Assembly (NCBI GenBank): GCA_963768175.1
Contig: CAVYGQ010000001.1
Span: 574,305 to 638,304 of the forward strand
Reading direction: 5' to 3'
Source of the DNA: Candidatus Doudnabacteria bacterium
GTDB lineage: Bacteria > Patescibacteriota > Doudnabacteria > UBA920
DNA length: 64,000 nt
A model generated the notes under the pieces. That model did no database searches. It had not been told where the DNA came from and saw only the letters and a list, made by a program, of their open reading frames with translations. Shown here in pieces: positions 57,859 through 64,000 of this stretch (within the stretch, counting starts at the first letter, position 1; every line of letters begins with the position of its first letter). The translations under genes were made by a program, and so were the position numbers.

Positions 57859-59286
57859 ATGAATAAAACTTTACCTATCGTGGCAATTGTCGGCCAGCCG
57901 AACGCCGGAAAATCCAGCCTGCTGAATAAAATCGCTAAGCGGCCGCTGGCCATAACTTCCGACGTGGCCGGAACCACGCGTGACCGCCAATACGCGGACA
58001 CTTCGTGGAACGGCGTTGATTTTACTTTGGTGGATACCGCGGGCCTGTCTTTAAACCCGGGCAGCGAGCTGGAATTAAGCTTGCTCAAACAAATTCAAAT
58101 CGCGTTGGATGAGGCCGACGCCATAATTTTGGTTGCCGATGGTAAGCAACCGGCCAGGGCAATTGACCAGAATATTTTAAAAAAATTCCGGCAGATAAAA
58201 AAACCGGTTATGCTGGCAATAAACAAACTGGACGGCTCTGCTTTGTGGAATGAAAAAATCGCGGAATTCAGCTCTTTGGGCATAAAAAATCTTTTTCCGG
58301 TAAGCGCACTTAACGGCCGGGGGGTCGGCGATTTGCTGGATTGTCTAACCGATCTTTTAAAAACCCACGCGCCTGAAAGCAGAGGTGTCCCCTCTGCTGC
58401 AGAGGGGACACCTCTGCCAGAAAAGTCGATCGCCGTCTCCATTGTCGGCAAACCCAACGTGGGCAAATCCAGCATCTTTAACAAAATTCTAAAAGAAGAG
58501 CGCGTTGTGGTCTCTCCCCTCCCGGGTACTACCCGCACGGCCATAGACAGCCAAATAAAAATTGGCGGGGTTGATTATACTTTTATAGACACCGCGGGCC
58601 TAAAGAAAAAAGAGTTCCGGCAGGAGCAGCCGGACATTTTTGCCGGCTTCCAAAGCTTTAAATCCATACGGCGCAGCGATATTTGTTTTTTTGTTATTGA
58701 CACCTCCGAGGAAATTACCAAACAGGACCAGCGCGTGGCCCAAGAAATTATCGCTATGCAAAAAGGCTGTATAATCTTAGCCAATAAATGCGACCTGCTG
58801 TCTCCTTCCCTCCCCCCTGGGGGGAGGGTTAGGGAGGGGGTACAAAAAAAAGATGTGATCGGCAAACCCAACGATAATCAATACCAAAATATCCGCGACT
58901 ACATAAGCCACCACTTCCCGTTCTTATGGATGTGCCCTTTGTTTTTTGTTTCCGGCCTCACGGGAGAAGGCTTAAAAGAAGCTGTTGATACCATCAAACC
59001 GATTTGGGAGCGCCGCCATAAAACAGTTGACGCCGAAGCGTTAAAATCATTTTTGAAAACGGTTCTAGAAAAAAATCCGCCCAAACTTTTGCGCGACCAA
59101 AAAAAACCAAAAGTCATTGGCCTCAGGCAAATCGCCACCAACCCCCCGATGTTTGAACTCCTCGTCAACCACCCCGCAGCCATTTCCAACCAATTCCGCA
59201 AATTTTTAGAAAACTCTATAACCAAATATCTGGACTTCTACGGCACGCCGATAACTCTAAGGCTCCGCGGCAAAGACAAAACATAA
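57859..59286 (+). CDS. der: ribosome-biogenesis GTPase Der (EngA) with two in-frame palindromic inserts
   Basis: Two GTPase domains (GQPNAGKSSLLN; GKPNVGKSSIFN) plus KH-like C-terminus. Inserts at ~58379-58418 (REP palindrome) and ~58808-58840 (CCCTCCCCCC/GGGGGGAGGG). Confidence 0.9.
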   Translation: MNKTLPIVAIVGQPNAGKSSLLNKIAKRPLAITSDVAGTTRDRQYADTSWNGVDFTLVDTAGLSLNPGSELELSLLKQIQIALDEADAIILVADGKQPARAIDQNILKKFRQIKKPVMLAINKLDGSALWNEKIAEFSSLGIKNLFPVSALNGRGVGDLLDCLTDLLKTHAPESRGVPSAAEGTPLPEKSIAVSIVGKPNVGKSSIFNKILKEERVVVSPLPGTTRTAIDSQIKIGGVDYTFIDTAGLKKKEFRQEQPDIFAGFQSFKSIRRSDICFFVIDTSEEITKQDQRVAQEIIAMQKGCIILANKCDLLSPSLPPGGRVREGVQKKDVIGKPNDNQYQNIRDYISHHFPFLWMCPLFFVSGLTGEGLKEAVDTIKPIWERRHKTVDAEALKSFLKTVLEKNPPKLLRDQKKPKVIGLRQIATNPPMFELLVNHPAAISNQFRKFLENSITKYLDFYGTPITLRLRGKDKT

Positions 59287-59417
59287 ACTTTATAAAAATA
59301 GCCGCTCTGTCATCAGGCAAAGCGGTTATTTTATTTCCCTCCCATTATCAGACGTACTTGGAACAGTAGATTGAAACAATTTAGCACAAAAAATTTTGTA
59401 ATCATCCTTCTAAGTTA

Positions 59418-60413
59418 TTAAGGTTTCTTTTCAGGATACTTTTTATAGAATTCATTTTCAATCATTTGTACTCTTGAACTAAGACTGTCTTTAATAGCTA
59501 TGCTTGGAATTATATTATTTAACAATTGGCTTGCAGCATCATCGGTAAGATAGTTTTTCCAATATAATAAACCAAGACGGTATTTCTGATTTTGATTCCG
59601 ATAAGAATAAACCAACAATGTTACATTGGGGTTATTAGCTCCCATCCCGATAAAATTTAACTTATCAAGTTCGGTTGTATCGGTTTTTTGTAATGTTTCA
59701 GTACCTTGTATAACAGTATCCCATATTGCCTTGCTTGAATCGCCTGTTTGGACACTATATACATAATCGTTCCAATCATCAAAAGAAGCTTGTGAATTAT
59801 ATACTGACAAGGAAAGAATAACCGGTGCCTGTTTATATCCTCCCGCATCATTAAACATAGCCCTCTGGAGATAAAAAGAATACACAAATTTGTCTTTTAT
59901 GGGTTCCACTCCATAAAAATTAGCAATAGATTTTTCCGAGTCCCAGACAAAAGACTTGGGAACTTTAATATCTGCCAAGCCATCAAGATTATAAGAATTA
60001 AAAATTTTATCATCTTGAGCAACTAACTCGCTACTCCGTAAATCTTTCCATAACCCAAATAAAGCAAAAACTATACACAAGCACAATAATAGCAGTAAAG
60101 GTGAAATTCCCCATCCTACATTCCGTTTTATCCAAATAAAAACAATTGCTAAAATAGCAACTATCGGATAACTAAATAAAGGGTATATAAATCCTTTTTG
60201 TAAATTATTGGTTCCTGCCAAGCCGCCGAACAAAGGTGTTAAAACAGCAAAATACATCCACATTATCAATGTTATAATTATAGCGATTGTAAACCAAATA
60301 GGCATTTTAATTGAGGTCATTTTATTAATTATTTTAATTTTACTTATATTATAGCACTTTTTTGTGATTTTTAAATATCTGCTATAATTCCCACTATGAA
60401 GAAAAGCCCTCAT
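59418..60413 (-). CDS. AT-rich hypothetical membrane protein
   Basis: 4 TM helices then Asn/Ser/Tyr-rich domain. Noticeably lower GC than neighbours. True start probably the internal MTSIK. Confidence 0.4.
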   Translation of the reverse strand: MRAFLHSGNYSRYLKITKKCYNISKIKIINKMTSIKMPIWFTIAIIITLIMWMYFAVLTPLFGGLAGTNNLQKGFIYPLFSYPIVAILAIVFIWIKRNVGWGISPLLLLLCLCIVFALFGLWKDLRSSELVAQDDKIFNSYNLDGLADIKVPKSFVWDSEKSIANFYGVEPIKDKFVYSFYLQRAMFNDAGGYKQAPVILSLSVYNSQASFDDWNDYVYSVQTGDSSKAIWDTVIQGTETLQKTDTTELDKLNFIGMGANNPNVTLLVYSYRNQNQKYRLGLLYWKNYLTDDAASQLLNNIIPSIAIKDSLSSRVQMIENEFYKKYPEKKP

Positions 60414-60959
60414 TTGCCTTCCCTGCCTTTGACTGCCGGATTTGTAGAACGGCGGATATACTTAATCCGCGGGCAAAAAATAATGCTTGACAGCGATTTA
60501 GCGGGGTTATATCAGGTTCCAACTAAAGTTTTCAATCAAGGAGTTAGGCGAAACCTTAGCCGGTTTCCCGGTGATTTTATGTTTCAGCTAACTGCTAAAG
60601 AGGCTTTATTTCTAAGGTCACAATCTGTGACCTTAGAAAAAGGCCGCGGCCGATACTCCAAATATGCCCCGCTGGCTTTTACCGAACAAGGCGTGGCCAT
60701 GCTTTCGTCCGTCTTAAACAGCGAACGCGCGGTGCAGGTTAATATCGCGATTATACGAGCCTTTGTCCGACTTAGGCAGATATTGTCAACGCACAAAGAT
60801 ATTGTCACGGAAATAAATAAACTTAAAAAGGAACAACGATATCAGCGCGGGGATATTAAAAAAATTTTCAAGATTATAGAGGCGCTTCTTACGCCCCGTA
60901 AACCAAAGCTAATCCCTCTTCCTTCTAAACAACGGCCAATCGGCTTTCGCACAAATTGA
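60396..60959 (+). CDS. ORF6N/KilA-N-like DNA-binding domain protein
   Basis: ERRIYLIRGQKIMLDSDLAGLYQVPTKVFNQGVRRNLSRFPGDFMFQLT matches the ORF6N family common in phage and mobile regions. Confidence 0.6.
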   Translation: MKKSPHLPSLPLTAGFVERRIYLIRGQKIMLDSDLAGLYQVPTKVFNQGVRRNLSRFPGDFMFQLTAKEALFLRSQSVTLEKGRGRYSKYAPLAFTEQGVAMLSSVLNSERAVQVNIAIIRAFVRLRQILSTHKDIVTEINKLKKEQRYQRGDIKKIFKIIEALLTPRKPKLIPLPSKQRPIGFRTN

Positions 60960-61030
60960 TATTAGGCTTTCTGAACAAACTAATTAGCGTTAAGATCCGC
61001 GTAGCTGATCCGCGTTAAGATCGGCGGCAT

Positions 61031-61609
61031 ATGAAACTAATTGTCGGTTTGGGAAATCCCGGGGAGAAATATAAAAATACCCGCCACAACGCGGGGTTTA
61101 TGGCTTTAGATTACCTCTTAAGCTTTGACGGCTTTATGGACGCCAAACCCGGCCACGAATTCAAGTCGGATATTTTCTCCTGGTCTAATAAGATCCCGAG
61201 CGGAGTCGAGGGACAAAATTCCAGCGGCGAAAAAATATTATTCGTTAAACCGCAGACTTACATGAACGACAGCGGCCAGGCGTTAAAAGTTATTTGCAAT
61301 TTTTATAAATTGGATTTAAGCAAGGACCTATTGGTTATCCACGACGATACCGATTTGCCCCTTGGCGAAATCCGGATAACCAATTCGTCCTCATCCGCCG
61401 GACACAACGGCGTCCAAAGCATTATAGATAACATCGGCACGCAGGACTTTAACCGCGTACGCATAGGCGTAGACACCAGGCAATCGCGGGACGATATGCC
61501 GACCGAAGCTTATGTCCTGCAAAATTTTACGGACATTGAGCAAAAAAAACTCCGGGAAGAAGTGCTGCCGAAAGTTGAAACTGAAATTAAAAAATTTATC
61601 CGAGGATAA
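61031..61609 (+). CDS. pth: peptidyl-tRNA hydrolase
   Basis: MKLIVGLGNPGEKYKNTRHNAGF. Confidence 0.9.
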   Translation: MKLIVGLGNPGEKYKNTRHNAGFMALDYLLSFDGFMDAKPGHEFKSDIFSWSNKIPSGVEGQNSSGEKILFVKPQTYMNDSGQALKVICNFYKLDLSKDLLVIHDDTDLPLGEIRITNSSSSAGHNGVQSIIDNIGTQDFNRVRIGVDTRQSRDDMPTEAYVLQNFTDIEQKKLREEVLPKVETEIKKFIRG

Positions 61610-61621
61610 TAATAACAAAAA

Positions 61622-61640
61622 ACGCCCGAAGGCGCTTACT
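61622..61640 (-). terminator. minus-strand intrinsic terminator (GCGCCTTCGGGCGTTTTTTG)
   Basis: Hairpin plus U6 on the minus strand at the edge of a 480-bp non-coding region. No minus-strand CDS lies upstream. Confidence 0.45.
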
Positions 61641-62100
61641 TTATAGTTCCGAGCGGATCTGGCTTTGCCAGGCCGCGAGGAAACTTCTCCGAAAAATTTG
61701 GGTTCCCTAAATTTCTGAAAGAAATTAAAGGGTCCCAAATAGATAGGATTTCTGCCGAAGGCAGAAATGGTTGGAAAGAAAAAACTGGTAAGTTTTGTCT
61801 TTCCAAAATGTTTTTGCACCCACTACCCTACCTGCAAGTGAAAGGCCGCAAACAATCGTCTACAAACCTTTACTTAATGTTTGAACCGATAATAGGAGGG
61901 ATGATACCGGCTCTCGCGACTTGCAAATAGGATAGTAGATACAAAAAAACCTCCCCTTTTTTTTATTTTTGATTTATGTATTATTGTACTCCTTTCTCTG
62001 GATTTTGTCAAGCTTTATGTCAGCTCGCCCTAAACTGGAATTTGATGACTAGTTCAGGGAGCAAAGCAACTGGCATAGAACAAGCTCTTTTACCCATTTT

Positions 62101-63201
62101 ATGCAGGAAATCAGCGATTCCTTTTATCTACATGGTTTAAATCTATTGCCCCAGTTCGGGCCCGCGCGGCTTGCCATTTTGTCCACACATTTTGATAGTT
62201 TTAAGGACGCTTTTTTGGCAACGGAAAATCAGCTTGTTTTAGCCGGCATAGATCCGGAAATAGCCAAAAACTTTTTGGCTTTGCGCGAAAAAATAAATCT
62301 TGAGGGAGAAGCGGAAAAGCTGGACAAAGAGCAAATAAAAATTTTAACCTTTCGGGATAAAAATTATCCCAAACTACTTTTGGAAATTCCAAAATCCCCG
62401 CCCATCCTTTACTATAAAGGACAAATGGACTCGGCCGATGAGCTGTGCGTGGCCGTAGTCGGCACCAGGATGATGAGCAATTACGGCCGGACGGTCACTC
62501 CCTTTTTGGTGGAACCGCTGGTAGATTTAGGCTGCGTCATAGTTTCCGGCATGGCTTTTGGCGTGGACTCATGCGCCCACGAAGTAGCGGTAAAAAAAGG
62601 CCGGCGCACCATTGCGGTTTTGGGCGGCGGTTTGGATGAAAGAAGTTTATATCCCAAACACCACGCCTTATTGGCAAAAGAAATTATAGACAACGGCGGC
62701 GCCTTGATTTCCGAATATCCAACCGGCACGCCGAATTTTAAACAAAACTTTGTGGCGCGTAACCGGATTATTTCCGGCTTGTGCGTGGCAACGTTAATCG
62801 TGGAGTGTGATTTGCAAAGCGGCACACTGATTACCGCCAAACACGCGCTGGACCAAAACCGCAGCGTGTACGCCGTACCGGGCCCGATTTACGCGACAAC
62901 CAGCCAAGGCCCGAACAATTTAATTAAAATGGGAGCCAAGCTGATAACCGAAGCCAACGATATTCTGGACGATTTAAACTTAAAAGCCCTGCCCGAGCAG
63001 CAAGCGGCCAAGGCAACGTTTGGCGATACCAAAGAAGAATCCGTGTTATTAAAACTTCTAAATTTTGAACCAATTATCATCAACGAGCTGATAAAACAAT
63101 CGGGGCTGGAAGCCTCGGCCGTGACTTCGGCTTTGACTTTTTTGGAAATGAAGGGTAAAGTAAGGAATTTGGGAGGGCAGCAGTATGTGCTGGCAAGATA
63201 G
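62101..63201 (+). CDS. dprA: DNA processing protein DprA (Smf)
   Basis: Rossmann-like DprA core VVGTRMMSNYG...GMAFGVDSCAHE...LISEYPTGT plus C-terminal winged-helix-like domain. Confidence 0.85.
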   Translation: MQEISDSFYLHGLNLLPQFGPARLAILSTHFDSFKDAFLATENQLVLAGIDPEIAKNFLALREKINLEGEAEKLDKEQIKILTFRDKNYPKLLLEIPKSPPILYYKGQMDSADELCVAVVGTRMMSNYGRTVTPFLVEPLVDLGCVIVSGMAFGVDSCAHEVAVKKGRRTIAVLGGGLDERSLYPKHHALLAKEIIDNGGALISEYPTGTPNFKQNFVARNRIISGLCVATLIVECDLQSGTLITAKHALDQNRSVYAVPGPIYATTSQGPNNLIKMGAKLITEANDILDDLNLKALPEQQAAKATFGDTKEESVLLKLLNFEPIIINELIKQSGLEASAVTSALTFLEMKGKVRNLGGQQYVLAR

Positions 63202-63261
63202 CAAAAGTCATATTACCATTTTATCATACTAACATTCTAACATTTTAACATGCATAGCGAA

Positions 63262-63318
63262 AGCAGATACAGGCATGATAAGATGATAAAATGATAGGAT
63301 GTTAAGATGTTAAAATGA
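63262..63318. repeat. degenerate tandem AAGATGATAAAATG-type repeat
   Basis: GATAAGATGATAAAATGATAGGATGTTAAGATGTTAAAATGATA; relative of 7159-7214. Confidence 0.5.
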
Positions 63319-63322
63319 TACT

Positions 63323-64000
63323 ATGCCTAAACACTGGAAAATCGCAGCTCCCGTTTTTGCAATCATCGTGGTAATCACGGCTGTGGCATACTACAAATCC
63401 CCTAGCTTGTTTGGCCGGCGCACCTCCCTGACCAAAATGCCCGATACCTCCGGCGGCAGCCTGCAAAGTTACTTAGACTTGGCGCAAAGTTTAAACCCGC
63501 GCGGCACCAATGCCACCACTTCCGTGACCTTTTTGGCCGTGGGCGACATTATGCTTAGCCGAAACGTAGCCATGACAAGTTTTAAAGCTCTGGATGTCGA
63601 TCTGCCATTCCGGCAGATGGCAGACGCTCTTCAGTCTACGAATTTTAATTTTGCCAATTTGGAAAGTCCGTTTTACCCGGCTGAACATCCGTGCATTGCG
63701 AGCGGCACCGAAGGAATCGTCGGCGGACATTCTATGATATTTGGAGCGCCATGCAATATGGTCCATGGCCTAGTTGATTTTAATTTTAAAATTTTAAATC
63801 TTGCCAATAACCATGCTTTTGACCAAGGCCTAGCGGGCGTGGATATCACCCGATCAACTCTAGATGATTTAGGTCTTACCCACGAGGGCACCGGAGACAA
63901 TCTTGATGAAGCCTGGACGCCGGCAATTGCAACTGCCAACGGCATTAAGATTTGTTTTGTCGGCGCTTCATACGCTTCCGTAAATGACGGCGGGAAAACC
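63323..64000 (+). CDS. CapA/PgsA-family metallophosphatase (poly-gamma-glutamate/capsule biosynthesis-like), 3'-truncated by window end
   Basis: Open frame from ATG 63323 to the window end (226 codons). N-terminal TM; VGDIMLSR...LANNHAFDQG motifs. Confidence 0.6.
   Translation, partial: MPKHWKIAAPVFAIIVVITAVAYYKSPSLFGRRTSLTKMPDTSGGSLQSYLDLAQSLNPRGTNATTSVTFLAVGDIMLSRNVAMTSFKALDVDLPFRQMADALQSTNFNFANLESPFYPAEHPCIASGTEGIVGGHSMIFGAPCNMVHGLVDFNFKILNLANNHAFDQGLAGVDITRSTLDDLGLTHEGTGDNLDEAWTPAIATANGIKICFVGASYASVNDGGKT

Noticed and set aside
61610-62100. tmRNA or RNase P RNA in the pth-dprA non-coding interval
   Set aside because: I could not find tmRNA ends (GGGG...TCCACCA with T-arm) or the RNase P P4 consensus (GGAAAGTCCGG / ACAGAAACCGGCTTA) on either strand. 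Left as an unassigned ncRNA candidate.

Overview
This 64-kb window reads as a chromosomal segment from a small-genome bacterium. The gene content and the many short ORFs suggest Patescibacteria/CPR, but that is inference from content only. Coordinates for features not taken from the ORF track were read by eye and are approximate (+/- 3 nt).

Core genes identified: groES-groEL behind a CIRCE element, metK behind a SAM-I riboswitch, ftsZ, ftsA, nrdR-nrdJ (B12-dependent RNR), cobO, glpX, class I FBA, transaldolase, a LOG-family gene, ndk, a cyclophilin gene, comEC, dprA, fpg, rel, der, pth, lepB, hisS, nusB, rpmF, rpsU, hup and an LCP-family gene. RNA genes: tRNA-Pro(TGG), tRNA-Gly(TCC), tRNA-Val(CAC).

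Three things stand out.
(1) ftsA and ftsZ, normally adjacent, are separated by about 9.8 kb of same-strand genes of unknown function. These are two paralogous multi-TM/coiled-coil proteins with different C-terminal domains, each behind a copy of the same ~160-bp leader; a 970-aa Gly-zipper/His-rich/poly-Gly protein; and a secreted Ala/Pro/Glu-rich protein.
(2) A GC-richer island at 15.2-17.7 kb, bounded by repeat elements, carries six tandem, translationally coupled small hydrophobic ORFs (35-155 aa), each with a strong AGGAGG-type ribosome-binding site.
(3) Several families of short palindromic (REP/MITE-like) elements are dispersed through the window. One family flanks an IS200-like REP-associated tyrosine transposase (RAYT). 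Several copies sit in-frame inside conserved coding sequences (der, twice; glpX; yqeY; a membrane protein), and one disrupts an amidohydrolase gene.

Three genes show apparent frameshifts (a >1200-aa surface protein, hisS, the amidohydrolase). There are several long non-coding stretches with terminators that may hold ncRNAs. No CRISPR array or rRNA was seen.
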